Translations under genes and position numbers: made by a program
Assembly: GCA_965201075.1 (NCBI GenBank)
Contig: CBDAVP010000010.1
Location: forward strand, 124,001 to 188,000
Length of the DNA stretch: 64,000 bases
DNA from: Isosphaeraceae bacterium
Lineage (GTDB): Bacteria > Planctomycetota > Planctomycetia > Isosphaerales > Isosphaeraceae
Direction of reading: 5' to 3'
Part shown: in pieces, positions 49,183 to 59,946 of the stretch
Layout: each line of letters starts with the position of its first letter
How positions within the stretch are numbered: position 1 is the stretch's first letter
The notes under the pieces: model-generated
Seen by the model: only the letters and a program-made list of their open reading frames with translations
The model's database searches: none
What the model was told of the DNA's origin: nothing

Positions 49183-52100
49183 TCAGCGGCCCGCCTCCGG
49201 CCCTTCGGGAATGGTGACCAGGGGGAACGTGGCTCCGGCCGATTCGAGTTTGGGCGATTGGTCGAGGTTGGCCGTGGGGCGGATCTCGGTGGCGTTGGCC
49301 GTTGAGGCCGAGCGGCGGACCAGGGCCAGGGCGGGGAAGCTTTCGGCGAGCTTGGGGAGGGTGAGGTCGGTGTAGCGGCTGAGTTCGTCGGTGGAGACGA
49401 CGCCGTCGCGGTTGCGGTCGGCGGCGGGGATTTCGTCGAGGATCGAGGTGAAGGGGAGCGGTCGCAGGCCCGGCTGGCCCATCCCCTTGAGCAAGACATA
49501 GGTCAGCATCCCGTGCTCCAGCGCCGAGACCTCGCCGGCCGGCTCTCCCCGTCGCGAGGCCAGCAGATAGGCGGTCCGCGCTCGTTGGGCTCCGTCGTCG
49601 ATGGCGGCCCGGGTGCGCAGGACCGCCGGGTCGTCGTGGATCGCACCGGCCTCGCAGGCGTCGACCACCACCACCCTTCTCAGCGCCGAGAGCCGACCGA
49701 GGTTGCGGACCGCCGTCGCGAAGGGCACGGTGGTCCCCTCGGGGGCGACCGCGTTGGCCAGGTCGTCGGGGAAGGGGAACTGGCTCAGCAGCAGGTGGAA
49801 CCGCCGGGAGAGGATGGCGGTGTGACCGGCCAGGATGACCACCACGGTGTCTTCCGGGTGGCCGTCGACGGCGTCTCGCAGTTGCAGGAACGCTGCTTGC
49901 ACGGCCGGCTCGGTGACGTCCTGGTTGGTCAGGACGATGCGGACACCCGACGCGGTTCCCTCGACGTGAACGCCGTGGTCGTGGAGGTGACGGGCCAGGT
50001 CCTCGGCGTCGCGGTCGGCGAACTGGAGGGATCGGGCGTCGCGGGCATAGTGGCTGACGCCCAGGGCCAGGACGTGCAAGCGGCCTTCCTCGCGGAGGCC
50101 GGGGCCGAGGAGGTCGACCGCGTTGGACCGGCCGTCGCGGGCTCCGGGACGCGAGCCCAGGGCGTAGAACCGATTTGCCCCGCCTCGCAGTCTCACGGTG
50201 GTCGTCAGGGCCCGAGCGCCGGGGAGCGGCTTCCAGTCGTCGTCGCCCCGGATCGGCACGCCGTCCTGATAGAGTCGCAGGTCGGCCGGTGGCGGGTTGG
50301 CGGCGTGGCGGAGGGTCAGGGTCACCAGGCGGTCGGCCGGGTTGGCGGGGCGGTCGGCCTCCAGCGCCAGGTGGGGGGATTCGGCCGATGGGGGAGCCGG
50401 TAGCTCGGGCGTCTGGCCCTGTCGCAGCGACTCGGCCAGGCGGAAGACGTGGGTCCGGTCGTAATCCTGTTCCAGGCCGACGAGGGCGTCTCCGGTGCGC
50501 CAGGAGACCTGCCGCTCGCCGCCGGGAGAGCCGTCGAAGAGGCCGTCGGGGGTGAAGGCAACCCAATCGGGCCCCCCCTGCTCCGCCGAGAAGGTGCCCA
50601 GCAAGGTGCGGCGCGACGGGTCCCAGAGGCGGATGGTGGTGTCGTCGCTAGCGCTGGCGAGCAGGCCGGCGGTGGGCCAGGCGAGCAGGCTGTTGATGAT
50701 CTCGGCATGGTTGGGGGCGGGCTCCAACCGCGGGCGACGGGGTTCGGGGCCGGAGAGATCCCACAGCCGCACGGCTTTGTCGGCGCCGCCGGCCGCGGCC
50801 AGGAATTTGCCGTCGGCGGTGAAGGCCAGGGCGCGGACCTCGCCGGGCAGGTCGTCGGCCAGGGGGGTGGGTCGGTCGTTGCCGGGCTCCCACAGCAACA
50901 CCCGGCCGTCGAGGGTGCCAGCGACCACGCGGTCGGGCTGGGAGGGGTCGAGGCACGCGGAACGCAGGGGGACGAACCGGCCGGTCTTGGGATTCAACGC
51001 GCGCAGCACGCGGGCGGCGGTCGGTTTCGGTCCGTCGAGGTTCCAGAGGCGGGCGGTGCCGTCCTCCGAGGCGGTCAGGAGTCGCCGGCCGTCGGGCGTG
51101 AACGACAGGGCGACCAGGGGATACGGGTCGTCGTGACCCTGGAGGGTGTGCATCAAAGCGCCCGTCGTGGCGTCCCAGGCGAAGGCGGCGGGACCGTCGC
51201 TGGTGGGGTCGGTGGTCGCCGCGGCGATGAGTCGGCCGGTGGGGTCGAACGCGACGACGCCCAGGCGGCCATCAGTCAACGGCGGCGGCTGGGCGGCGAG
51301 GGGCTGGCCGGTCGCCCGATCCCGCAAGGTCAACGAGCCGGAAGGGTGGGCCACCAAGGCGACCCGGGAGCCGTCGGGGGAGATCGCCCCGGTGCTCCAC
51401 TGGCCGGGCAACACCGCCACCGACCGACCTTCGCGGAAGTCCCAGACCGAGGCGACGCGGTCGCGAGTGACCTGCAAGATCCAGCGGGCGTCGGCCGATG
51501 CGTCCAGGGCCACGACCTGACCGCGCCTCGGGGGAATCTCGGGGCGGGGCGTGCCGTCGGGAAGGTTCCAGGTCCGCAGGCCGCCGTCCTGGCCGCCGAC
51601 GACCAGCGCTCGACCGCCGGGGGCAAAGGCCAGCGAAGTCGCCGGTCCGGCATCGGCCAGGCCCGCGAGGGTCAAGGGGGTCGCGGCTCCCGAGTCCTCC
51701 AGTCGCCAGGCGATTACCTCGCCAGGAGTTGTGCGGACAGCCAGGGCGCGACCGTCGGGCGAAGTGGCGACCTCGTCGATGGTGCCCGGCAAGGTCAGCG
51801 GGGTGTCCGACCCCGAGGGACTCAGGCGGTGCAGGGTGAAGCCGGCGCCGGCGAGGATTCCGCCGACGGGGTCGAAGGCCAGGGTGTTGAGGGGAGAGCC
51901 CAGGTCGTGACGGCGGAGACGCGTCCCGGCCTCGGCTTCCCAGACGTCGAGTCGGCCGGCGTCGTCACCCACGGCCACGCGATGGCCATTGGTCGCCAGC
52001 CGACGACTCGTGACGGCGCCCCCGGGGCCGTCCAGGGTCTTGCCGGTCCGGCCGTCGGCGTCGAACAGGACGACCTTGCCCCGAGCGTCCATCACGGCGA

Positions 52101-53511
52101 CCGCGACGTGACCCGCCGTGGGCGAGACCGCCAGGGCCCGGCCCTCGGAGACCAGCACTCGGGGGACGGCGCTGGCTTTCGGCTCGTGCAGGCGGATGGG
52201 TCCTCCGCGCTCGATCGTGGCGAAGTGGCGGCCGTCGGGCAGGAACGTCAGGCCGTCGATGCCCGTTTCCAGCGACGGGCCGAGGGGGATTTCGACGTCG
52301 TCGCGCAGGTCCCACAGCCGGACTCGTCCCGCGCCGTCGCCACTGGCCAGGAACCGGCCGTCGGGGTCGAGTGACGCGGCCGTCACGCCGACGAGGTGAT
52401 AGGACAGGGTTCTCAGGAGCGAGCGGTCGGCCATCCTCCAGACCCGCAAGGTCGAGTCGCCCCCACCGCTGAGCAGTCGCTCGCCATCGGGGGTGAAGGC
52501 CAGGGTGGAGACCCCCAGGGCGTGGCCCCTCTGGAGCACGAGTTGCCGGGCGCGGCCCCCGGCTCGGCGCGCTTCGGTGGACCAAAGGGTCAGCGAGGGG
52601 TCGAGGCCGCCCATCGCGCGGAAGCCCTGGCGGGCGAGGGTTGGGTCGTGATTCAGGGAATCCAGGGCTCCCAGCAGGTTGCGGGGGCGGGCCGGATCGC
52701 CCAGGGCCTTCAAGAGTGACGAGGCGAAGGGGCCTCGCTGACCGACGGCGGTGGCCTCGGCGGCGAGATGGCCGTCAGCGGCGAGCCAGGCCGAGGCGCC
52801 TGGCCACCGCGTCAGGCTTTGAAGCCAACGGGTGCCGGGGTCGGCGTCCGGTTGCGGGTTCGCGTTCGCGTTCGCGGTGGTGGCCTGGCCCCGGCCCTGG
52901 GGTGACGTGTCGAGCCAGTAAACCACCGGGTTGCGCCCGCTGGCGGCGATGGGCTCCAGGGCGTCGCTGGGGGACCAGCCGGTGGCCTCGGCGCGATCGG
53001 CTCGGGCGTCGAGGGGGAGCAGGACTGGCCGAGACCCGGCGGTCGTGGCCTGGCCGGCGAATAGCAGCAGGGCCACGTCCCCAGGGGCTAGCTTCGGGGT
53101 GAGCCAGTCCTTGACCGCGCGATCGAGGTTCGCCCGGGTCGGAGTCAGGTGGTCGGCGGTCAGGCCGGATGGGGTGGGTCGGTCGCCGCGGTCGTCCAGG
53201 ACCAGGACGTCGGCCTCGGGCCAGCCGGCGGGGCCGGTCAGCCAGGCCGCCAACGCTCGGGCATCAGCCACGGCGCCATGACAGGGTGGGATCGCCGGGT
53301 CCTGATACCGGTCGATCCCCACGACGATCGCCCGGACCGCTGGCCCTTGCCGAGCCGTCGGGGCGGGGACGGCGGGTGGCAGGGCGACGCGGGGTTTCGC
53401 CGAGGGCATGGGAGGCGTCAACGGGCGGCGGTCGAGCAGGGCCAGGAACCCGCCCCCGACGACGATTCCCAGCAGGACAAGTCCACCGGACCAGGGAATC
53501 AAGCGTTTCAT
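49183..53511 (-). CDS. Membrane-anchored caspase-family (C14) / WD40-repeat protein with two caspase-like domains
   Basis: N-terminal TM; first caspase-like domain AIVVGIDRY..FAGQ..LDTS; many WD repeats (GH..FTPDG..SG..D..LW); second domain VLALGVSHY..LAGH..VDAC. Confidence 0.88.
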   Translation of the reverse strand: MKRLIPWSGGLVLLGIVVGGGFLALLDRRPLTPPMPSAKPRVALPPAVPAPTARQGPAVRAIVVGIDRYQDPAIPPCHGAVADARALAAWLTGPAGWPEADVLVLDDRGDRPTPSGLTADHLTPTRANLDRAVKDWLTPKLAPGDVALLLFAGQATTAGSRPVLLPLDARADRAEATGWSPSDALEPIAASGRNPVVYWLDTSPQGRGQATTANANANPQPDADPGTRWLQSLTRWPGASAWLAADGHLAAEATAVGQRGPFASSLLKALGDPARPRNLLGALDSLNHDPTLARQGFRAMGGLDPSLTLWSTEARRAGGRARQLVLQRGHALGVSTLAFTPDGERLLSGGGDSTLRVWRMADRSLLRTLSYHLVGVTAASLDPDGRFLASGDGAGRVRLWDLRDDVEIPLGPSLETGIDGLTFLPDGRHFATIERGGPIRLHEPKASAVPRVLVSEGRALAVSPTAGHVAVAVMDARGKVVLFDADGRTGKTLDGPGGAVTSRRLATNGHRVAVGDDAGRLDVWEAEAGTRLRRHDLGSPLNTLAFDPVGGILAGAGFTLHRLSPSGSDTPLTLPGTIDEVATSPDGRALAVRTTPGEVIAWRLEDSGAATPLTLAGLADAGPATSLAFAPGGRALVVGGQDGGLRTWNLPDGTPRPEIPPRRGQVVALDASADARWILQVTRDRVASVWDFREGRSVAVLPGQWSTGAISPDGSRVALVAHPSGSLTLRDRATGQPLAAQPPPLTDGRLGVVAFDPTGRLIAAATTDPTSDGPAAFAWDATTGALMHTLQGHDDPYPLVALSFTPDGRRLLTASEDGTARLWNLDGPKPTAARVLRALNPKTGRFVPLRSACLDPSQPDRVVAGTLDGRVLLWEPGNDRPTPLADDLPGEVRALAFTADGKFLAAAGGADKAVRLWDLSGPEPRRPRLEPAPNHAEIINSLLAWPTAGLLASASDDTTIRLWDPSRRTLLGTFSAEQGGPDWVAFTPDGLFDGSPGGERQVSWRTGDALVGLEQDYDRTHVFRLAESLRQGQTPELPAPPSAESPHLALEADRPANPADRLVTLTLRHAANPPPADLRLYQDGVPIRGDDDWKPLPGARALTTTVRLRGGANRFYALGSRPGARDGRSNAVDLLGPGLREEGRLHVLALGVSHYARDARSLQFADRDAEDLARHLHDHGVHVEGTASGVRIVLTNQDVTEPAVQAAFLQLRDAVDGHPEDTVVVILAGHTAILSRRFHLLLSQFPFPDDLANAVAPEGTTVPFATAVRNLGRLSALRRVVVVDACEAGAIHDDPAVLRTRAAIDDGAQRARTAYLLASRRGEPAGEVSALEHGMLTYVLLKGMGQPGLRPLPFTSILDEIPAADRNRDGVVSTDELSRYTDLTLPKLAESFPALALVRRSASTANATEIRPTANLDQSPKLESAGATFPLVTIPEGPEAGR

Positions 53512-53626
53512 GGTGGCGGGACCGGATCGGGGGCGACGCGAGCCGACGCGGCGAGGACCGACGCAATCGTCCCCTTCACACTACCCGAACCCTACCGATC
53601 CCGGAATCCATTGAGGCGTGAAGACC

Positions 53627-56600
53627 TCAGTGGCGTGACGGCCGTAGCGCCAGCAGCGCCGAAACTCCGCGGGGGTGAGACCCCTGGACCCGCGTCCGGC
53701 CCGCGGGGGATGTGTTGCCCAGCAGCACGTTGGGCCCGATGGTGTTGCCGTTGGTGGCGTTGGGGACGATCAACTGCCCGCCGCTGACGATCTGGATGCC
53801 GCCGAACCCGTTCGAGGCCAGGGTGTTGGCGGCCGACCCGGGCCCGCCAATGGTGTTCCGGGTGGAAGCGTCCAGGAGGACCCCCGCGGCGGAGTTCCCC
53901 GCTCGGAAGCCGTTGGGCAAGATCCCGATGAAGTTCCCCTGGACCGCGTTGGTGTTGGCTCGATACAGGTCGACCCCGGAGAACCCATTGGCGACGATGT
54001 AGTTCCCCAGACCCGGCGAGGCCCCACCGATCAGGTTGCCGGGGGCCTGGTTCAGATAAACGCCGTCGGCGCGGTTGCCCAGCCCGGCGGTCCCCGAGGC
54101 GTTGGCGCCGATGAGGTTGGACTGGACCTGGTTGCCGGTGGCCAGCGAGCCGAAGATCTGGACCCCGACCGACCCGTTGCCCGAGATCAGGTTGCCGCCC
54201 AGGCCCCCCGGCACGCCGATGACGTTGGCCGAGGCGTTCTGGATGAACACGCCATCGAGTCCGTTGGCCAGCGACCCGAACCCCGAGGCGTTGGTCCCCA
54301 CGTAGTTGTTGGTCACGACGTTGTGCGCGGCGTCGGTGCGGACGAGGCCCAGGCCCCGGGCGACCGGCTCGTTACCCAGGATCAAGACGCCAGCCTCGAC
54401 GTTGCCCGAGATCAGGTTGCGGTCCCCCGTCGCTGGCCCGCCGATGAGGTTGTTGGACGAGTCCAGAATGTACACGCCGTCCTTGCCGTTGGGCCGTGCG
54501 ACGGTGCCGCTCTGGTCGGTTCCCAGGAAGTTGCCCCGCACGATGTTGCCGCCAGCGAACTCCAGAACGATGCCGGCGATGGGGAAGTCGCCGATGGCCA
54601 GGCCCTGCACCACGCTTGAGCCGCCGTCGAGGATCAGCCCGCTGGCGCCGGAGTCACGGGGCAGCAGCGAACCGTCCAGGACGATTTCCGGCGGCCCGTC
54701 GATGCCGATGGCCCGGGTGTTTCTCGACGAACCGGGCTGGCTGAAGCCGTCGATGATGACCGGGTAGGTCAGGTTGGGCAGCGGCGAGAGGGGCTGGATG
54801 GTGTGCGAGCCCGCGCCCGGGATGGCAAAGGTGACAGTGGGCGTCACGCCGTTGAAATTCTCGGGGGCGTTGGCTACCGCGATGGCCCGTCGGAGCGAGC
54901 CGGCGCCGTCGTCGTTGGTGTTGGTGACGACCAGGCTGTTGGCCTGGATGATCGTCACGACCGTCGAGAACTGGGGGCCCAATCTCGCGCTGCCCATCGG
55001 CGATGTGAGGGCCAGGCTGAAGGTTTTGAGGACCGGGCCGAGGAGCAGACTGTCGAGGATCGGCACGTCGATGGTCTGGGTGGCGACGCCGGGGGCGAAG
55101 GTCAGGGTGCCAGCCTCGGCAGTGTAGTCGACCCCGGCGGTCGCCGTGCCGTCGGCGGTCGTGTACGACACGGTGGCCGTGCCGCCGAGGCCGCCGGTCC
55201 GGTTGACGAGGATGTGGGCGGTCGTCCCCCCCGGCTGATCGGTCACGACGCTGGAGGCCGAGGCGAACTGGACCAGGCTGGCCGCGACGGCGACGGCGAA
55301 TTGCGAGGTGTTGCCCGTGTTGAGGTCGGTCGAGGTGGCCGTGAACCCTTGCGAGTTGTCGGACGACGGCAGGTTGGTCTGGAAGGTGGCCAGGCCCGAG
55401 GCGTCGGTCGTCACGTTCAGGTTGGCCAGGAACGTCTGGCCTTGCGGGGCATCGAGAGGGGCGGCGGCGGCGGCGGTGAAGACCTGAACGAGCAACTGGG
55501 AATTCGCGGCGCCGCGGACGGTTCCCGAGAGGAGCACGCCCGAGGCGGCGTTCGACGGGAAGTTGAGCACCGGAGCGGGCTGGGCATTGTTGCCGCTGAC
55601 CGGGACGGCCGGGTCTAGACGGATTCCGAAGCCGTTGCTGAAAATGCGGTTGGAGAGGATCGTGACGCCCACGGCGTTGGCGTTGACGAGGACGGCGTTG
55701 TCGAGGTTAAAGGCGATGGTGTTTTCGCCTCCATCCGTGATACCGACGAGGCCGGTGGCGCCGGCGTCGAACTCGATCCCCTGCCGGTTGGGCAGGGGTG
55801 AGAGCGCGTTGGACGAGCCGACCGCGCCAATCAGGTTACGCACCACCCGGGACTTGGGAATGGTGTCGCTGGCCGAGCCCGCCAGGAAGTGGACTCCGTC
55901 GCCGAGATTCCCCGAGATCAGGTTCCCCTGATCAAAGCCGATGTCCTCGCCGGGAGCGAGGACCTGGATCCCCTCGGCGTTGGGCCGGGCGACGGTGCCG
56001 GTGGGGTCGGTGCCGATCCGGTTGCCCGTCACCTCGTTGCCCGCCGCGCTGGCCGTCAGCCCAGCGTTGCCGATTCCGGGCGTCGCGCCGGGATTGGGGT
56101 CGGTCCCGCCGAGCCGGACGCCCGCGCGGCCGTTGCCCGAGATCACGTTGGCCTCGCCGATGCCCGACGCGGGGGGCGGGCCGGCATCAAAGCGAACCCC
56201 GATGTGGTTGTCGTGGGACGAGTCGAAGATCGCGAGACCGTCGTACAAGTTCCCCAGGGCGTTGCCGAAGTAATCCAACCCAATGAGGTTGGCCTGGACG
56301 ACGTTGCGCACCGTCGCCGCGCCAGCAATCCCGACGCCGACGCCGTAGTTGCCCGAAATGACATTGCCGGGGAAGCGCGTCGGAATGTCGCTGGGATTGA
56401 AAGATAATTCTAAAAAGCCAATGGAATTTCGCGAGGCACCCGCCTCGATCTTCACGCCGAAGCCGACGTTGCCGTTGATGAATGAACCCACGACGTAGTT
56501 GTTGTCGGTCCCGATGCCGGTCAGCAGTACGCCCGGACCGTAGTTGCCCGTGACGGAAAGGCCCTGACCCGGGTTCGAGTCACCGAGAGAGTTGCCATCG

Positions 56601-59600
56601 GCGCCCCCGGAGACTTGCACCCCGGCCCGCTGGCTGGCTGAGACGCTCAGGCCGGTCAGGGCATTCTGCGCGGTGCCCTCGCCGTCGATCAGGACGCCGA
56701 TGCCGACCCCGTAGGTCGAGGTCACGCTCCCCTGGACGACCTGATTGTTCGTGGAGCCGCCGACGATCGCCAGGCCGAGGTTGAGATTATCGGAGATCGT
56801 GTTGAGGTAGAGCGTATTGTTGGACGACCCGAGGATTTCAATCCCGGCGTCCCCGGTGTTGTTGAGCTGGCCGTTGTTGCCCGCGAAGTTGCCCACGAGA
56901 CTGTTGTCGTGGGATCCGTCGGCCAGAAGGATGCCCGAACCGCCGTTGCCCGGGACGGCCAGGGTCGCCGACCGTCCCGCCAGGTTGCTGGCCAGGAAGT
57001 TGTCGTGGGAGACGTAGGTCTGCGAGGTCGAGGGCGTTCCGGGGGGAGAGCCGTCGGGCGGGAGGCTGACGATGGTGTAGGACGACAGGCGGATGCCCAT
57101 GCCCCGGTTGTCGCCCAGGATGTTGGGCAGGGCGTTGAGGACGCCGATTGCATTGTTGTGGGCGCCAAGGAGACTAATGCCATCTCCGAGGTTGCCCAGC
57201 GGTCTCAGCCCCGTCGCGTCGACGCCGATGAAGTTGCCTGTCAGATAGTTGCCGGTGTCCTGGTCGCCGTAGAGGCTGATCCCATCGCCCCCGTTGGTCG
57301 CGACGACGTTGTTCGAGACGTTGTTGAGGCTCGAATCGCCCAGGTAGATGCCCGTGGAACTGTTGCCCAGGTGGGTCACGCCGTCAGCGCCGACGCCCAC
57401 CAGGTTGGAAGTGACGTAACTTCCCGTGGTCCCGGTGGAGAGATTCAGCCCGATGCCGGTGTTGCCCGAGAGGACATTGCCGACGACGGCGGTCCCCGCG
57501 GCGTTGTCTTCCACGAGGATGCCACCCTGGGCGTTGGGCCGGGCGAGCAGGCCGGTGGGGTCGGTGCCAATCCGATTGTGCGAGAGCAGGTTGCGCTGGG
57601 AGATGACGAAGCCGGAGGCCGAGCCCGAGTCGGTGATTCCGATTCCGGAGAACGCATTGCCGCCGATGGCGTTGCCGTCGGCGTTGGTGGGTCCGCCGAT
57701 AATGTTGTCGCTGGAGCCCTGGATTAGCAGTCCGTCGAGGCCGTTGCCGGTGGCGGTCCCGTTGGGGGCCAGGCCCACATAGTTGGCCGTCAACTGTTCG
57801 TGGCTGCCCAGCAACCGGATGCCGTTGCCGGTGAAATGGGTGACGGAGAGGCCTGAGACCCGGCTGTACGACCCGGAAAGGGCCAGGCCGTCGGCAAACG
57901 GGTAGTAGTAGGTCGGGATCGCGGACCCGTCGAGCTGGATGAGTGGGGTGCCGGCGTAACCCGGCTGGCTGGTGGCGTCGAGGATCGTTGGCCCGGTCAG
58001 CGCCGGCAACGGAGCGAAGAAGGGGGCAATGACGTGGACCCCCGCGCCGGGAATCTTGAAGCCGATCGTGTCGGCCCCGGGGTGGGTGTTGGCGTTGGTG
58101 ATCGCCTGGAAGAGTGAGCCGGGGCCGCTGTTGCTGGTGTTGGTCACCAGGAGGGCGTCGGAGACCTGAAAGTCGGCTGAGAACTCCGACGTGTTGTTCA
58201 TGGAATCGGTGGCCGTGGCAGAGAAATACGAACCCGTCGGTGCCGAGTTCTCGGGAAATATGGCCGTGAAGGTCGCATTTCCCAATGCGTCCGTGGTGAC
58301 CGTGAGATGTGTCGTCGAAGTCGTGGTGGTTGCAATTGCGTCCTTGAGGTCGATCGGTGCACCGCCCTCACGATTGGACGCTGTGTCGGCTGGGCTTGTC
58401 TTGATGAAAAACTCGAGACTGTATGTCGCGTTCGGAGCGCTGTTGAAAGTGCCGGTGAGAACCGTCTCGCCGGGAAAGGCATAGGCCGAAGTCAAAACCG
58501 GGTAGTTCTGGAGGAGATTGGGACCGGTGTGGGGTCCGCCGGGCGTGTTCGGGGTCACGCCGTCATTGCCCAAGTCGATGCCGCTCTTACCGTTGTTGAT
58601 AATTGTATTGTTCGTGAGCAGATTGTTCACGGCGTTGTCTGTGGGAGAGTCGCCGATGGTAATGCCATTGCCGGCGTTGGCGGCGATCACGTTGAGAAAG
58701 ATGATGGCGTAGTTAGAAGTGATGGCCGTGATGCCGTCGCCACCGTTACCTAGAGCTAGCGTGTGCGATTGGTCGGTTCCGATGGAGTTGACGGCGATGA
58801 AGCTGCTGTTTGAGGAGTTTAACAGGATGCCCGACTGAAGATTTCCGCCGATCACGTTGTATTGGATTGTTGTACTACTCGACTGGACGTTGATTCCGTT
58901 GCCGGAATTGGCTAGCGGAGCCGTCGCCGCGGCGTTGACGCCGATCAGGTTCGAGTAGACATATTCACGCCCGAGGGAGAACTCGCCGTCGATCAGCACG
59001 CCGTCGCCGAGATTGCCCGAGATCAAATTGCGTTCCCCGAACTCCGATATACCGCCGATCGTGGTCTGGTCGGCGTATGCTACAATTCCTCCGCCCGCGT
59101 TAGGGTTTGCGACGGTCCCGGTGGCGTCCGTCCCGATGAAATTCCCCGCGATAACATTGTCGGTGTTCCCGAACCCGGCGTCGACCTGGATCCCCACGCC
59201 CTGCGAGCCGCCGACGACCAAGCCACGCACGGTGACGTGGTTGGAGTTGATCTCGATCCCGGGCGAAGAATAGATGCTCGACAGTTCCAACTGGACCAGG
59301 AGGACCGCGTTATCGGCCGTCGCCGAGGTGTTCACGCTGCTCCCGAACTGGGTATATCCGTCGATGGTGACCGGCTTGGTGATCGAGAGGGTCGAGGTGA
59401 GGTTGATCGTCTGGACCCCGCCACCCGGAATGGCGAAGCCGATCGTGTTGGGGTCGGCCAGCATCCCGGAGATCTGCTGCTGGGCCAGGGGGTCTAGCGT
59501 GGTCGGGTCGAGCGTCCCGTTGGTGATCGCCACGGCCTGCTGGAGCGTCAGCTTCGTGGCATCGCTGGGAGCGCCGGTGGTGTTGACCGTCAGGGTTGCC

Positions 59601-59695
59601 AGGAGCCGACGGGGCTCGACGGCCTCGACCCTGGGGCGCAAGACCGACCCTCGGCGCGTCGACGGTCGCTGGCGGGCGGCGGATCGCTTACGCAT
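53627..59695 (-). CDS. Large extracellular parallel beta-helix repeat protein with Calx-beta domain
   Basis: Planctomycete leader RPRVEAVEPRRLLA; repeated GN.IGTD.TG, NLISGN, VTNT..SGPGSL; Calx-beta TADGTATAGVDY...GTLTFAPG. Start 59695 (alternative 59776). Confidence 0.88.
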   Translation of the reverse strand: MRKRSAARQRPSTRRGSVLRPRVEAVEPRRLLATLTVNTTGAPSDATKLTLQQAVAITNGTLDPTTLDPLAQQQISGMLADPNTIGFAIPGGGVQTINLTSTLSITKPVTIDGYTQFGSSVNTSATADNAVLLVQLELSSIYSSPGIEINSNHVTVRGLVVGGSQGVGIQVDAGFGNTDNVIAGNFIGTDATGTVANPNAGGGIVAYADQTTIGGISEFGERNLISGNLGDGVLIDGEFSLGREYVYSNLIGVNAAATAPLANSGNGINVQSSSTTIQYNVIGGNLQSGILLNSSNSSFIAVNSIGTDQSHTLALGNGGDGITAITSNYAIIFLNVIAANAGNGITIGDSPTDNAVNNLLTNNTIINNGKSGIDLGNDGVTPNTPGGPHTGPNLLQNYPVLTSAYAFPGETVLTGTFNSAPNATYSLEFFIKTSPADTASNREGGAPIDLKDAIATTTTSTTHLTVTTDALGNATFTAIFPENSAPTGSYFSATATDSMNNTSEFSADFQVSDALLVTNTSNSGPGSLFQAITNANTHPGADTIGFKIPGAGVHVIAPFFAPLPALTGPTILDATSQPGYAGTPLIQLDGSAIPTYYYPFADGLALSGSYSRVSGLSVTHFTGNGIRLLGSHEQLTANYVGLAPNGTATGNGLDGLLIQGSSDNIIGGPTNADGNAIGGNAFSGIGITDSGSASGFVISQRNLLSHNRIGTDPTGLLARPNAQGGILVEDNAAGTAVVGNVLSGNTGIGLNLSTGTTGSYVTSNLVGVGADGVTHLGNSSTGIYLGDSSLNNVSNNVVATNGGDGISLYGDQDTGNYLTGNFIGVDATGLRPLGNLGDGISLLGAHNNAIGVLNALPNILGDNRGMGIRLSSYTIVSLPPDGSPPGTPSTSQTYVSHDNFLASNLAGRSATLAVPGNGGSGILLADGSHDNSLVGNFAGNNGQLNNTGDAGIEILGSSNNTLYLNTISDNLNLGLAIVGGSTNNQVVQGSVTSTYGVGIGVLIDGEGTAQNALTGLSVSASQRAGVQVSGGADGNSLGDSNPGQGLSVTGNYGPGVLLTGIGTDNNYVVGSFINGNVGFGVKIEAGASRNSIGFLELSFNPSDIPTRFPGNVISGNYGVGVGIAGAATVRNVVQANLIGLDYFGNALGNLYDGLAIFDSSHDNHIGVRFDAGPPPASGIGEANVISGNGRAGVRLGGTDPNPGATPGIGNAGLTASAAGNEVTGNRIGTDPTGTVARPNAEGIQVLAPGEDIGFDQGNLISGNLGDGVHFLAGSASDTIPKSRVVRNLIGAVGSSNALSPLPNRQGIEFDAGATGLVGITDGGENTIAFNLDNAVLVNANAVGVTILSNRIFSNGFGIRLDPAVPVSGNNAQPAPVLNFPSNAASGVLLSGTVRGAANSQLLVQVFTAAAAAPLDAPQGQTFLANLNVTTDASGLATFQTNLPSSDNSQGFTATSTDLNTGNTSQFAVAVAASLVQFASASSVVTDQPGGTTAHILVNRTGGLGGTATVSYTTADGTATAGVDYTAEAGTLTFAPGVATQTIDVPILDSLLLGPVLKTFSLALTSPMGSARLGPQFSTVVTIIQANSLVVTNTNDDGAGSLRRAIAVANAPENFNGVTPTVTFAIPGAGSHTIQPLSPLPNLTYPVIIDGFSQPGSSRNTRAIGIDGPPEIVLDGSLLPRDSGASGLILDGGSSVVQGLAIGDFPIAGIVLEFAGGNIVRGNFLGTDQSGTVARPNGKDGVYILDSSNNLIGGPATGDRNLISGNVEAGVLILGNEPVARGLGLVRTDAAHNVVTNNYVGTNASGFGSLANGLDGVFIQNASANVIGVPGGLGGNLISGNGSVGVQIFGSLATGNQVQSNLIGANASGTAGLGNRADGVYLNQAPGNLIGGASPGLGNYIVANGFSGVDLYRANTNAVQGNFIGILPNGFRAGNSAAGVLLDASTRNTIGGPGSAANTLASNGFGGIQIVSGGQLIVPNATNGNTIGPNVLLGNTSPAGRTRVQGSHPRGVSALLALRPSRH

Positions 59696-59946
59696 CGAGG
59701 GACTCTCCGTCGAGTCGTGATCCGCCCCCCCCGGCCGGATCACGCCATCAAATTCAAACTTCGTGAATCGAGACACGTGGCATCGTGCCCGAATTGGAAT
59801 GTAACTTCTCCCCCCGTCAAGTCAAGGAGCCGGCGGGGCAAACCAGGCGAAAGGGAGAGATCAGGAGGATTTTGCGGACTGGAGGGACTGGCCGGAGTTG
59901 TCGAGGAACCGCGGACCGAGGAAACGAGGGGCGGGCACTCGCGGCG

